Positions 9,365-18,446 of a stretch of DNA of 36,139 nucleotides are shown here, in pieces (within the stretch, counting starts at the first letter, position 1; the number at the start of each line of letters is the position of its first letter). The position numbers and the translations under genes are program-made. Source of the DNA: a virus (lineage: Duplodnaviria > Caudoviricetes). The stretch covers positions 1 through 36,139 of the IMG/VR virus record IMGVR_UViG_3300012347_000089; one strand, 5' to 3'. Under the pieces are notes generated by a model. That model saw nothing but the letters and a program-made list of their open reading frames with translations. It had not been told where the DNA came from and searched no databases.

Positions 9365-9730
9365 TTAGGTTAGTGATCCAGATGTAGTAACGTAAGTATT
9401 AGTGCCATTGTCATAGTAGCTGATCAAATAAGTGCCAGCAGCCGATATAGTAGATAGGAACGTAGCATTACATTTAGTGCTAGATGCTTTGCTAATTGCG
9501 TATCCGCCACTATTGACTAAAAGCACGTAACCAGATTGTCCAGATACGTGGTTAGTAAATGTTAGTGTGCCAGCACCAGTAGGCGTACATTCAAAGTTGT
9601 TAGTAGCCGATAGATCAAAAGATAAATCGTTATCAGCAGTAACACCGCCTTGTACAGCAGCAATCTTATCGCCAGCCTGTAACTCTTGCACAGATGTGCC
9701 ATTTAAAACTAATGGATAGCGATTAGCCAT
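9365..9730 (-). CDS. Small fibre-like virion protein, paralogous to the C-terminus of 28814..29371
   Basis: Shared SFD..TNNF.CTPTG..TLTFTN...GQSGYVLLVNSGGYAIS...STIS.AGTYL.SY block. Confidence 0.7.
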   Translation of the reverse strand: MANRYPLVLNGTSVQELQAGDKIAAVQGGVTADNDLSFDLSATNNFECTPTGAGTLTFTNHVSGQSGYVLLVNSGGYAISKASSTKCNATFLSTISAAGTYLISYYDNGTNTYVTTSGSLT

Positions 9731-9740
9731 TTCTTATTCC

Positions 9741-10013
9741 TTAAACAATCGATACATTGATAGTTGAACCGCCACGATTCAGAACTGCCAAGTATCCTAA
9801 TGCGAGTGAAACAGATGATACAGTTCCAGCGCGTACTGTGATTGGCAATGTTTTCTGCACATATCCAATCTCTACGACTTCTGGTGTGCCTTGATCTTTA
9901 ACTGTAAACAGTTTTCCGTCATAAGTATTAAGCGCGATTTCGCCCACACCCACATCGGATGTAGTAGGAACTCTGCCTGTAACGTTAGTACGTTTAAATT
10001 TAACACTTGGCAT
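9741..10013 (-). CDS. Small virion protein with Mtd-N/hyaluronidase-N-like fibre domain
   Basis: VKFKR...P......GEIALNTYDGKLF. Confidence 0.6.
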   Translation of the reverse strand: MPSVKFKRTNVTGRVPTTSDVGVGEIALNTYDGKLFTVKDQGTPEVVEIGYVQKTLPITVRAGTVSSVSLALGYLAVLNRGGSTINVSIV

Positions 10014-10468
10014 TAGAACGTACCGAGATCAACATCGCCTACAGCTAAAGTAACATATCCGTTACCAGCATCTTTTGTCCACGCCATGCTTGCGTTCATT
10101 CTGATTACGCCATTCGTGCCATCTGTACCCCAGATATAACCAGCAGTACCACCAGATACAACGGCTACTTTTTCATCCGTATCGCTTTCTGGGATGTTTA
10201 ACGCTGTCTTAAAGTTAGCAAAAGTAATTTTCTTTTCTTTTTGACCAGATGCTTCACTAGCATCGTGCATCAAAATCAAATCATCAGCACCGCTAACGCT
10301 TGCTAACGTTTGCAAATCATCAATTGCTGGAACTACTGGCAGCTTAGTAGTTGCATCCGTAGCTACGTGCAGCGTACCGCGATCAGTAGTAACGAACGCT
10401 TCACCAGCAAGCATACCGCTAGTAGGTAAGTTAGCTTTTAAGCCGCGTTTAAGTTGTATTCTAGCCAT
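10013..10468 (-). CDS. Virion protein with Mtd-N-like fibre domain
   Basis: IQLKRG..ANLP....AGEAFVTTDRGTLHV; ends in DLGTF. Confidence 0.6.
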   Translation of the reverse strand: MARIQLKRGLKANLPTSGMLAGEAFVTTDRGTLHVATDATTKLPVVPAIDDLQTLASVSGADDLILMHDASEASGQKEKKITFANFKTALNIPESDTDEKVAVVSGGTAGYIWGTDGTNGVIRMNASMAWTKDAGNGYVTLAVGDVDLGTF

Positions 10469-10478
10469 ATCTCAATCC

Positions 10479-11771
10479 TTAATTAAAAGTACCACCATCA
10501 ACAGAATAGATGGCAGCTTGTTGCGTTTTGTTAATCCATTGTATGCCATCATAAACTAATAAATCGTCACTTGCTAATTCTGTGAAATCTACATCTGTTA
10601 ATGCAGCAAGTGTGCTAGATCCGCTACCACCTGTGTTGTTTTTCCATAACCCTGTAGCTGCATCATATACAAGCGTTTGTCCATTAGTAGGCGATGTAAT
10701 AGATACGTTATGTAATTCCTCTAACTCGTATCCGTTTTGAATGTTTACTTCGATTGCGCCTTGATTTTGATGGCTGCGAGTAACAATACCAACATATACA
10801 AGATGTGCAGGGGCTAATTGTTTAGAACTTGTAAATGCACCAGCAATAGTAGAACTTAAATATAACTGTACGCCTTCTGCAAACGCGCTAGTATTTAGTC
10901 CAGTAATTGATCCGAATACTGTTACATAACCATTTTGGTTAGTAAGAATATCATTGGTGATCATGCCTAGTGTTTGTGCAGATGTAGCATCACCAGTTGC
11001 AATAGCTTTTGTGACAGTGGCTTTATTGCCAGATGCGCCGTTGATATATACAACAGTGCCTTTTAGTAAAGTTGATCCAGTTTGATTGCGAACCTGTTTT
11101 ACAATGTTTGATGCTGGTGATTCTTGAGATACTGTTAAATCTACACTGCTTCCAGATTGCTCTACAATAATACTTGAATCACTAGAAGTAATAGAACTTA
11201 GTCCACCGCCTACAACTCTTAAATTAATTGTCTGACCATCTTGTGATACCAATACACTTGAATCATCAGATATAATTTGTTGAATACCAGATGCGCCACC
11301 TAAAAAATGACTACCTAAACCAGCGCGACCTTCTAAATCTACGTACTTACCCCATTTACCATTAGGCAACTCGAAGCGTAGGCTTGTGCCTTTCCATTCA
11401 TGTTTAGGTATATCACCAGTATCGCCTTTATCGCCCTTGATAGATAAGCCATCTACGCCATTGCGACCATCTTTACCATTAACGCCGTCTTTACCATCAA
11501 TACCGTTAATGCCATCTTTACCATTTTTACCGTCTTTACCATCAATGCCATCTGCGCCGCGTTCACCTTTATCGCCTTTATCGCCTTTAGCACCGTCTTT
11601 ACCGTCTATGCCGTCTTTACCGTCTTTTCCATCCTTACCATCTTTTCCAGCAGCACCACTCTCGCCCTTGTCCCCTTTATCGCCTTTGATGGCTTCTGGA
11701 ATAACAATTGCATCGACTTTATCTTTAAGTTTCGCTAATGCTTCCGCTAATAGCGCGACTAATTCACTCAT
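10479..11771 (-). CDS. Collagen triple-helix fibre protein
   Basis: Long Gly-X-Y run (GKD/GDK, ~11410-11685), then beta domains, fibre spacer motifs (NGQTLVYDAATGLWKN) and terminal DGGTFN. Confidence 0.8.
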   Translation of the reverse strand: MSELVALLAEALAKLKDKVDAIVIPEAIKGDKGDKGESGAAGKDGKDGKDGKDGIDGKDGAKGDKGDKGERGADGIDGKDGKNGKDGINGIDGKDGVNGKDGRNGVDGLSIKGDKGDTGDIPKHEWKGTSLRFELPNGKWGKYVDLEGRAGLGSHFLGGASGIQQIISDDSSVLVSQDGQTINLRVVGGGLSSITSSDSSIIVEQSGSSVDLTVSQESPASNIVKQVRNQTGSTLLKGTVVYINGASGNKATVTKAIATGDATSAQTLGMITNDILTNQNGYVTVFGSITGLNTSAFAEGVQLYLSSTIAGAFTSSKQLAPAHLVYVGIVTRSHQNQGAIEVNIQNGYELEELHNVSITSPTNGQTLVYDAATGLWKNNTGGSGSSTLAALTDVDFTELASDDLLVYDGIQWINKTQQAAIYSVDGGTFN

Positions 11772-13246
11772 AAGCCTAATCTTGTCCTAAGTTGAGATAA
11801 CACGCCAGAATCATTATTAGATTGATCTGGTGCAGCAGATGTATCCATGCCATTCATGGAATCAATGTTATCGCCTTCTAAGTTAAGTTTGTAATCGTCA
11901 AAAGTAGTAGATTCGCGGATAATCTCGCCGCGTTTCAATGCGTGGAATAATTCCTCTTGTGGAATACCACCTGCTTGCCATGCCTTCATCAAGCTATCCA
12001 ACTCTTGCGGTGTCATTGCCACAGGGATGAAATCAGTATTTAGATCTAATTCTAGCTGCTCATCTGGAACGTTTACGCCGTACCATGCAGCCATAAAGCG
12101 TAGGATTGCTTCAAAGTTCTCACCAGCAAGATTAACCAGTGCAGCAAGTACGCTAGTTTCGCCTGTGATTTTCATCTCTAACGTAGCAGCAGATTCAACA
12201 CCTGCTTTTTCTGGTGCAAGCATACGCGCACCGATAGCAGCCATCTGCCCTTCCTTGAGTTTAAGGTTTTCTACTAATGCGCCTAATCCTTGACCTGTGA
12301 ACTCTAAGAAGCCCCATTTAGCACTTGGATCGCTTGATACCATTGCTGTAGATGAACCGATAGCAACTTTCTCATTCTCATCAAACACAAATCCAGCCAA
12401 TACAGGCGTAGGCAAACCAGCAAAGTGGCAGCCGCGCTCATAATCAGCACTAACGCGATAATGCGCTAGGTTTAGATCAGCTAGATCTAGAATAGGCGGA
12501 TCTTGTAACTCTAAGCTATTAGTCTTAGCACCAAAAGCCCAGAAAGGAATAAACGGAATAGGATTGCCATTCATTAGCGGAATAATATCTGCGCCTTCTT
12601 GATACCAATCGCCTTTATCGTTCTTACGGTAGATTTGCTGGATGTATCCTATGCCTTCGACAAGCAATAAAGCACGAATCTGTTCTTTAGTGACAAACTC
12701 GAAAGGATTCTTTTTAATTGTGTAGGTTTCAGCAAGTTTAATCATCACTGGCTGCACTACGTTGTTTACGCGCTCTAAACTCCAGTCCAATATTGATTCT
12801 GCTGGATAGTATGTAGTGTAAGGGCGTAGATTACGCGCTGCTGCTTGCGCTGCGCTTTCTGGTGCTGTAGTTACGCTAGGATATTCAACTAAGATACCAG
12901 CGCGACCAACTTGGATAAGATCATAGATAGTACGCATTGCAACTATCTCTAGTGAGTTACCAGATAGATCAATATCGTGGATGATTGGCTTCATTGCATC
13001 TGGATAGATGGCTTTAGGCTCTTTACGGAATACCATGCCTACTAAACCTTCTAAGGTTCTGCCACAAGCATTAAAGTAAGTGGCGCGTAGTTTGTAGTTG
13101 TTGTAATCGTTATCTGTTTGCTCTGATAAACGTGGTAAGAATTTTTCACCTGCTTTATGTACTGCTGATTGACCTTCACACGCAGATCTAGTTTTTAACC
13201 ATTTTTCAGCAAAGTTAGCATACGCACTATGTTTTGAATCATTCAT
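11768..13246 (-). CDS. Portal protein (DUF4055-type)
   Basis: ~492 aa directly after TerL; YKLRATYFN, PPILDLADLNLAHY and LEFTG motifs; ATG 13246 preferred over 13258. Confidence 0.9.
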   Translation of the reverse strand: MNDSKHSAYANFAEKWLKTRSACEGQSAVHKAGEKFLPRLSEQTDNDYNNYKLRATYFNACGRTLEGLVGMVFRKEPKAIYPDAMKPIIHDIDLSGNSLEIVAMRTIYDLIQVGRAGILVEYPSVTTAPESAAQAAARNLRPYTTYYPAESILDWSLERVNNVVQPVMIKLAETYTIKKNPFEFVTKEQIRALLLVEGIGYIQQIYRKNDKGDWYQEGADIIPLMNGNPIPFIPFWAFGAKTNSLELQDPPILDLADLNLAHYRVSADYERGCHFAGLPTPVLAGFVFDENEKVAIGSSTAMVSSDPSAKWGFLEFTGQGLGALVENLKLKEGQMAAIGARMLAPEKAGVESAATLEMKITGETSVLAALVNLAGENFEAILRFMAAWYGVNVPDEQLELDLNTDFIPVAMTPQELDSLMKAWQAGGIPQEELFHALKRGEIIRESTTFDDYKLNLEGDNIDSMNGMDTSAAPDQSNNDSGVLSQLRTRLGL

Positions 13247-13247
13247 A

Positions 13248-14471
13248 TTAAATACCACTCATTCTAATGTGTTGAATTGTCCTAGCACGTATCGGGTATC
13301 GATACGCTATACAGTAACCCGTAGCATCTAACACGTGATCGAAACCAGCAGATTTATCTGGATCGCCATTTTTGTCGTATGCTTGCCTCTCTAAAGATTC
13401 TACCAGTTCTGGGCAAGTATCTGGGTTTACTCGATACTTACGCTCACCGATCAATTTATTCATAGCTAAAATCCTGTCTTTCACGGCAGGATTAGCAGGA
13501 TTAACCATTATATTAAATCCAGCCTGTTTTAGTAACGCTATATCGCTCTCACTGGCGTTTTGTGATTTACGATTGTTACCGCTTGCATCTGGATAAATAA
13601 AAATCTTGTGACTATTATATCTGCTTTTGATCGCTTGTATCATAGAAGGCGTATCAAAAATACCAGTTAATTCATTAACAGCGTGAGGATTATCATTCCG
13701 CAGCACATGAATAACCGCAGCCATTTTAGTAACGTTGAAGTCTAAACCAATATGTAGAGCCTCTCCATCAATGATTACTTGATCAGAAGCGTTAAGTACG
13801 CGATCAAATTCAGCATACACGCTACCAGCAGTAAGATTGACAAACTCGCCATCTAGATAGGCAGATAGCAGCGCAGTAGGGTAACTATTCTGTAGGTTCT
13901 CTATATAGCCACTTGGCAAGTTATGAGAGTTATCTAGTGTTTTGGCTTTGAATAGTTTATATCCAGCAGCAGGATTCTTTACCCATCGATCATAAACAAA
14001 TCTAAATCCCTCTGGCGTTGTTACTACGCCTACAGTGTTAGGCATACTGCACTTTTGGCGATTACGTGCGATAACTTTATTCCACACGTCACGCGCTTTA
14101 TCTATCTTGAGGGTATCTAATTCATCTAATAAGCTATGCGCTACTTCGTAACCGACAATGCGCTCTGGATTTTCCATAGTGCGGAATATAATCCTGCCAG
14201 CGTTCTCAAACTCGATAGATGAACTTTTCTTATTAATCTTGTATGCCCAGCCTTTGCGTTCGCATAGTTCTGGAAAACGTCTAAAGGCAATATCCTCCAC
14301 AAGAGGGTAAGTAGGTAAGTAGTACGCAACATCACACTGCTTAAATGCTGCCTTTAATGCCATGATCCTAGCAATACCTGCTGCGGTCTTACCGCTACCA
14401 AATCCACCTACAAAAGCTGGGAACGGTTCTCTAGAAGTTGCAAAGGCTCTCTGTACTTCACTTAATGGCAT
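13248..14471 (-). CDS. terL: Terminase large subunit
   Basis: Walker A GGFGSGKT, Walker B LLDE, nuclease motifs IGLDFN and DHVLDA. Confidence 0.95.
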   Translation of the reverse strand: MPLSEVQRAFATSREPFPAFVGGFGSGKTAAGIARIMALKAAFKQCDVAYYLPTYPLVEDIAFRRFPELCERKGWAYKINKKSSSIEFENAGRIIFRTMENPERIVGYEVAHSLLDELDTLKIDKARDVWNKVIARNRQKCSMPNTVGVVTTPEGFRFVYDRWVKNPAAGYKLFKAKTLDNSHNLPSGYIENLQNSYPTALLSAYLDGEFVNLTAGSVYAEFDRVLNASDQVIIDGEALHIGLDFNVTKMAAVIHVLRNDNPHAVNELTGIFDTPSMIQAIKSRYNSHKIFIYPDASGNNRKSQNASESDIALLKQAGFNIMVNPANPAVKDRILAMNKLIGERKYRVNPDTCPELVESLERQAYDKNGDPDKSAGFDHVLDATGYCIAYRYPIRARTIQHIRMSGI

Positions 14472-14845
14472 TAAACAAACTCATCAGATGATACGTTAGG
14501 TATCTCTCTTGTATTAACGTCTGCTTGAATTTCTTGCTTATCTGAATAGCCATGCTTAGTAAGAATTAATTTAGCAATTGTAGGATTTAGAAGGCTTGCA
14601 AGTGATCCATTGATCAATCGATTCTCTTGTAGAGATAGAATCCCCTCTAAAATGTCCGAAAATTCCTCATTTTTACTAGCGTAGTCATAGATTGTGCTGC
14701 GCCTTTTGCCAGTGTAGCAAGCTAATCCAGCCACACTAGGAATCACATCACCGACAATTTGCCATTCGCCTAATAGATACTGTTTAGCCTTTTCAAGCGT
14801 ATCGATCAGTTCATTCGGTCTGCCTACAGGATTCTTTTCACTCAT
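14471..14845 (-). CDS. terS: Terminase small subunit (P22 gp3-like)
   Basis: GRP N-terminus, PSVAGLACY..STIYDY, IAKLILTKHGYSDK; coupled to terL. Confidence 0.85.
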   Translation of the reverse strand: MSEKNPVGRPNELIDTLEKAKQYLLGEWQIVGDVIPSVAGLACYTGKRRSTIYDYASKNEEFSDILEGILSLQENRLINGSLASLLNPTIAKLILTKHGYSDKQEIQADVNTREIPNVSSDEFV

Positions 14846-14988
14846 TATTTTTTCTTAGCTTTCTTTTTTGCTTCTGCTGCAATAGATAAAGCAATTGCTA
14901 CAGATTGCGCTGGTGATTTACCAGCTTCGATTTCGGTCTTAATGTTTTTATGGATTGTTTTAGGGCTGTAGCCTTTTTTGAGTGGCAT
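14845..14988 (-). CDS. 47-aa basic protein (not in the ORF track)
   Basis: MPLKKGYSPKTIHKNIKTEIEAGKSPAQSVAIALSIAAEAKKKAKKK; RBS GAAGGA; TAATG coupling to terS. Confidence 0.8.
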   Translation of the reverse strand: MPLKKGYSPKTIHKNIKTEIEAGKSPAQSVAIALSIAAEAKKKAKKK

Positions 14989-15134
14989 ATTACATCCTTC
15001 ATAGAATTTAGGTGCTTTGCATAGCTATCAGTAGCACGGACTGTAAGCGATCCACGTCTGGGGCTTATAAACAGGCGTTACCCATTTACGCTATTCCATT
15101 AATCATTCCGCTAAGATTGATTAATGAATGGTTT

Positions 15135-15163
15135 AACTTAACATATTTATACAAATTACACAA
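15135..15163 (-). promoter_or_regulatory. Candidate sigma70 promoter for the packaging/late operon
   Basis: TTGTGT-N17-TAAGTT with TGn extended -10. Confidence 0.4.
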
Positions 15164-15587
15164 TATCAAATTTAAACGTTTTAATCTTTCCGCCGCTATA
15201 ACAATCGCGTTTGATTGCTTGCTTGATTGCATCTACAGCAGTGTAACCTAAATCCATTGCTGCTAAAGCAAAGTTACTACCAGATCCGATAGAGTAATGG
15301 CGTTCTGGGTTTAGCTTCTGCTTCCAGAATCCGTCATTAATACATACAGAAATCAAGTACAGATTACCAGAATCATATACAAAAGCTGCCGAATCATTCG
15401 TTTTAGTTGGTTCTGCGCCAAAATAACAATCCATTAGATTATCAAATTCGCAAATAGATCCACTTAGAAAAAAGAATACATTGCTGCGCTTGTACTTCTT
15501 ATCAAAATCATCATCTGTAATTAAACCGCCAGAAGTGCTTAAAGAATCATAAGCTATAACACCATCTTTATACGCTATTGTTGTCAT
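15156..15587 (-). CDS. Proteasome-beta/HslV-like N-terminal threonine (Ntn) peptidase
   Basis: MTTIAY.DGVIAYDS, SIGSGS.FALAAM and RDCYSGG motifs. Confidence 0.8.
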   Translation of the reverse strand: MTTIAYKDGVIAYDSLSTSGGLITDDDFDKKYKRSNVFFFLSGSICEFDNLMDCYFGAEPTKTNDSAAFVYDSGNLYLISVCINDGFWKQKLNPERHYSIGSGSNFALAAMDLGYTAVDAIKQAIKRDCYSGGKIKTFKFDIV

Positions 15588-15870
15588 TTAATAAATCCAG
15601 TGTCATTTTTAAAAGTTCTACCTCAGTATAACCTATTGCAGCTTCAAACGCTTTTTTACCAGCGTGTACTGCAACTCCGTAAGTTCCACCCCTATGATGA
15701 GGATAGCACAAAGGTATGACTAAACTGTAATGGCTTTTTTTGCCCATCGCAGCATTACCAGATTTAATATGATGAATCTCTGCTGGACTGTATCCGTAAC
15801 CAGTAAGATTACAAGCTATGCAGCCTAATCTAGCTACACGATCATAATGAATACGTTCATCTTTACTCAT
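15568..15870 (-). CDS. Ref-like HNH nuclease (recombination enhancement family)
   Basis: CIAC...AEIHHI...VIPLCYPHHR; ATGA overlap places the start at 15870. Confidence 0.7.
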   Translation of the reverse strand: MSKDERIHYDRVARLGCIACNLTGYGYSPAEIHHIKSGNAAMGKKSHYSLVIPLCYPHHRGGTYGVAVHAGKKAFEAAIGYTEVELLKMTLDLLNDNNSV

Positions 15871-16064
15871 TGCCATATTGTAGCCCGCCATTGATCGAAC
15901 TCTGTCCATACGGGTGATAGTTCGTTATATGTTTTTTTTGCAATGCCGTAAGGTGCTGTGACAGTAGCCCATACTTTGCTATCTCTAATCAAATACTGTG
16001 CGCCAATCTCAATAAGCGGTTTATTGCGTAATGGATGCTCATAGGGTAAATCAGCTAATAGCAT
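15867..16064 (-). CDS. Hypothetical protein
   Basis: 65 aa overlapping both neighbours in the operon. Confidence 0.6.
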   Translation of the reverse strand: MLLADLPYEHPLRNKPLIEIGAQYLIRDSKVWATVTAPYGIAKKTYNELSPVWTEFDQWRATIWQ

Positions 16065-16431
16065 TCTTTTCCTTTAATGCTTGTTCAATAGCACGGGCAA
16101 ATTCTAATTCACTTTCATCTGCAAACCCATCAAGATTTAATTTTTCTATCTCATCATCCGTTAATCCTTGCCATGCTGGTTGTTTTAGTGCTTTATTATT
16201 TGCACGAATAACTTGTTGCGCCCTAGTTAAAGGTTCTTGCGCTGGTTTTTCTAGTGCTTCTTTGCAAGCGTTGATTGCTGGTACTAATTTTGTAGATTTA
16301 TCTATTTTTAATAATCTTTCAGGAACTCCTAATTTTACAAGTCCTTCAAAAAATTCATTGATAGATTTGTCAGCATTTGTCATTGCTTCAATCGCCATCT
16401 TTAATGCTTCTTGTGTTTGCTTATTCATCAT
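16051..16431 (-). CDS. Hypothetical phage accessory protein
   Basis: QEALKMAIEAM...WQGLTDDEI...FARAIEQALKEKN, a common modular phage protein pattern. Confidence 0.7.
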   Translation of the reverse strand: MMNKQTQEALKMAIEAMTNADKSINEFFEGLVKLGVPERLLKIDKSTKLVPAINACKEALEKPAQEPLTRAQQVIRANNKALKQPAWQGLTDDEIEKLNLDGFADESELEFARAIEQALKEKNAIS

Positions 16432-16660
16432 CCACCTTAATTCTTTTAGCATCAACAACAGCATCAATAACTTCTATTGATAGTTTTTGTGCGGTATCTC
16501 TAGCAGTATTAATTAGCGCATCACCTAATACAATTAAAACCTGTTTGCACTGCTCTTGATTTAAATTTAAAGTAACTTCGCCAGCTTCACCAATAAATTC
16601 AGCGTTTCCACTAAATTCACCTGTGTACCTTCTAAACATACTTAATCTATTTAAATTCAT
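16421..16660 (-). CDS. Hypothetical protein
   Basis: 79 aa with RBS AGAGGA. Confidence 0.65.
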   Translation of the reverse strand: MNLNRLSMFRRYTGEFSGNAEFIGEAGEVTLNLNQEQCKQVLIVLGDALINTARDTAQKLSIEVIDAVVDAKRIKVDDE

Positions 16661-16676
16661 AATGTTTCCTCTTTAC

Positions 16677-16826
16677 TCATAGCAACGCCTCGCCAAATTT
16701 ATCAAGCATTTCGTCAAAAGTTAATTTTGGTTCTGTAATCTCAACTGTATTTTGCGCTGGATAATCAAAAAATCTGATTGCATTGCCTTCATCATCAAGT
16801 AACGCATAACGTTTTTTATAAGTCAT
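16677..16826 (-). CDS. 49-aa hypothetical protein (not in the ORF track)
   Basis: MTYKKRYALLDDEGNAIRFFDYPAQNTVEITEPKLTFDEMLDKFGEALL; fills the operon gap, RBS GGAG. Confidence 0.65.
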   Translation of the reverse strand: MTYKKRYALLDDEGNAIRFFDYPAQNTVEITEPKLTFDEMLDKFGEALL

Positions 16827-17193
16827 TTTCAAAACTCCATCCTAATTCGGTAGCCGCCCAAGCCTCTATCTTAGTTTGATACTCTGCCATTCGCTCTGTA
16901 TTTAGTTTTGTTGTTGATTCAAACGTAATTACCTGTTCGCCGTTTATCTCTTTTACAGTCTTTAAGAATTTATTACGCATATATTCGTGAATAGAATCTT
17001 GATCCTCACCTATCCAGTTACCTATGCTGGTATATAAAGCCCATAGTCTAGCGTTCTGCTCAAGTGATCTGGTGCTTTTTTGCTCTGATACTTTTACGAT
17101 CCAATTAATATCAAAATCTAATTCATTTAGTTTAGCTACTAGATACGGTAGATTTTGTTTTGACAAGTTCCAAGTGATATTTTTTTGCTTCAT
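16816..17193 (-). CDS. ninB: NinB/Orf-like recombination accessory protein
   Basis: RSLEQNARLWALY...STTKLNTERMAEYQTKIEAW. Confidence 0.75.
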   Translation of the reverse strand: MKQKNITWNLSKQNLPYLVAKLNELDFDINWIVKVSEQKSTRSLEQNARLWALYTSIGNWIGEDQDSIHEYMRNKFLKTVKEINGEQVITFESTTKLNTERMAEYQTKIEAWAATELGWSFENDL

Positions 17194-17335
17194 TTACATT
17201 ACCGAACTTTCCTAAATGTGTACTGGGTAATTCCCATAACTCATATATCCACACATCACGTACTAATGCTTTAGATATTGAGTAGCCATTAGTTTTAATG
17301 GCGTATTTACCCCACTTTTCCCAATTAACCTGCAA
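17132..17335 (-). CDS. Hypothetical protein
   Basis: 67 aa, TTG start overlapping the upstream HTH gene. Confidence 0.5.
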   Translation of the reverse strand: MQVNWEKWGKYAIKTNGYSISKALVRDVWIYELWELPSTHLGKFGNVNEAKKYHLELVKTKSTVSSS

Positions 17336-17489
17336 ACGTTCTTACCAGTTCTGCAATTGCATCTGGTATTTTATGTTTGCCAGATTCGTATTTTGCGATC
17401 ATGTCACGTGTACGATTTAAGCGTATAGCTAATTGAGTTTGAGTAAGTTCCAGCTTATGACGTAATTCTTTAAATTCGATATGATTCAT
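17325..17489 (-). CDS. 54-aa XRE/Cro-type helix-turn-helix regulator (not in the ORF track)
   Basis: MNHIEFKELRHKLELTQTQLAIRLNRTRDMIAKYESGKHKIPDAIAELVRTFAG. Confidence 0.8.
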   Translation of the reverse strand: MNHIEFKELRHKLELTQTQLAIRLNRTRDMIAKYESGKHKIPDAIAELVRTFAG

Positions 17490-17517
17490 ATTGATTGAAA
17501 GCCCCTTAGATAGTTAA

Positions 17518-17853
17518 TTATACACCAGAACTACGGATATTTAGTTCTGCAAGCATCTTATTTAGCCTAGATCTATTACGTTCTTTTTCCTCTGGGCTAA
17601 ACTTTCTGCCAATCATTACAGGAATCTTACGATCCTGCTGCGCTCTGCAAATCTCAATAATATCTGCTGGAACTGGCATACGTTTATTTGAATCAGTCCA
17701 TTTATCAAAAGCGTAACTCACTTCTGTAATTTCATATTTAATTAGCTTATGAAACCAGATCCGCAAGATTTCTTTATCTAATTCTGGCTTGTTAAACAAA
17801 ACGCATAAAGCCTTCATCATTCTGCTAAATTGTAATTTATCGTTCTCTATCAA
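17518..17853 (-). CDS. Putative helicase loader/inhibitor
   Basis: 111 aa coupled (ATGA) to the replication initiator; W..L...AFD.W....MPVPADI pattern. Confidence 0.55.
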   Translation of the reverse strand: MIENDKLQFSRMMKALCVLFNKPELDKEILRIWFHKLIKYEITEVSYAFDKWTDSNKRMPVPADIIEICRAQQDRKIPVMIGRKFSPEEKERNRSRLNKMLAELNIRSSGV

Positions 17854-18446
17854 AATATCACCTCTAATGGTTGCTCATCTTGCCACCTGCCTTGATTTAG
17901 ATAAGTAGCTGGATTAGGTATAAATTGCCCGTTGCTCTTATTCCACTGATCTGATTCTATTTGCCAACTTAAAGCAGTTAATACTTCGCGTAGATCTGGA
18001 TTTAATTTATTCCATGATTTAAGTGCATCTGTCTTACCTACTTTTTTTGGATATGCTTTCCAGAAGTATTCAAACGAATCACTACTCTTACTTTTCTCTA
18101 CTCTTACTATTGCTCTACTCTCCTCTGACGTAGCAATTTGATAGCTATCTGCTATCACATCGCTAGCAACTATAAAGTAACCTTTATCAATCAAAGGTTT
18201 AATAGCAGATGTAATATCTTTTTCACTCATTCTAAACCTAAAAGCTAACTTTTCTGGAGTTGCATCAAATTCGCCATTTTCCTCACATGATGCAAGCAGC
18301 CATAAGCATGGTGCTATCGCTCTGCTAGCAACTGGCAAGCACCACCAATCATAGTCATCTAATATATCTCTATGAAGTTTAATCCACGGGGGGCTTCGAT
18401 GTTTATAGTGCTGGAATCGTTCCCAGTGTTTAGGTATTAATTTCAT
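17850..18446 (-). CDS. Replication initiator (replisome organiser)
   Basis: N-terminal WERFQHYK.R.PPWIKLHR; C-terminal FEYFWKAYPKKVGK and FIPNPATYLNQGRWQDE. Confidence 0.8.
   Translation of the reverse strand: MKLIPKHWERFQHYKHRSPPWIKLHRDILDDYDWWCLPVASRAIAPCLWLLASCEENGEFDATPEKLAFRFRMSEKDITSAIKPLIDKGYFIVASDVIADSYQIATSEESRAIVRVEKSKSSDSFEYFWKAYPKKVGKTDALKSWNKLNPDLREVLTALSWQIESDQWNKSNGQFIPNPATYLNQGRWQDEQPLEVIF
18081..18170. repeat. Candidate replication origin inside the initiator gene
   Basis: Clustered GCTATC/GCTAGCAA repeats (also 18311-18332) next to three CTACTCT repeats in the inter-domain linker, as in lambdoid O-type origins. Confidence 0.45.

Noticed and set aside
9741-10468. Diversity-generating retroelement suggested by Mtd-N-like domains
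   Set aside because: No reverse transcriptase and no template/variable repeat pair differing at adenines; the 9.4-kb/28.9-kb paralogy differs mainly at synonymous sites
11410-11685. 9-bp periodic repeats as a repeat array
   Set aside because: Fully explained by collagen Gly-X-Y coding
11386-11790. Plus-strand Pro/Ser/Leu repeat ORF and other antisense ORFs in the track (e.g. 159-563, 5397-5738, 6716-7117, 20471-20833)
   Set aside because: Shadow frames of well-supported genes on the opposite strand, with no RBS or operon context
15010-15090. HDV-like or hammerhead ribozyme, or tRNA (TCCACGT and CTGATAG words)
   Set aside because: Required P3/P1 pairing, CUGAnGA/GAAA core and cloverleaf could not be built
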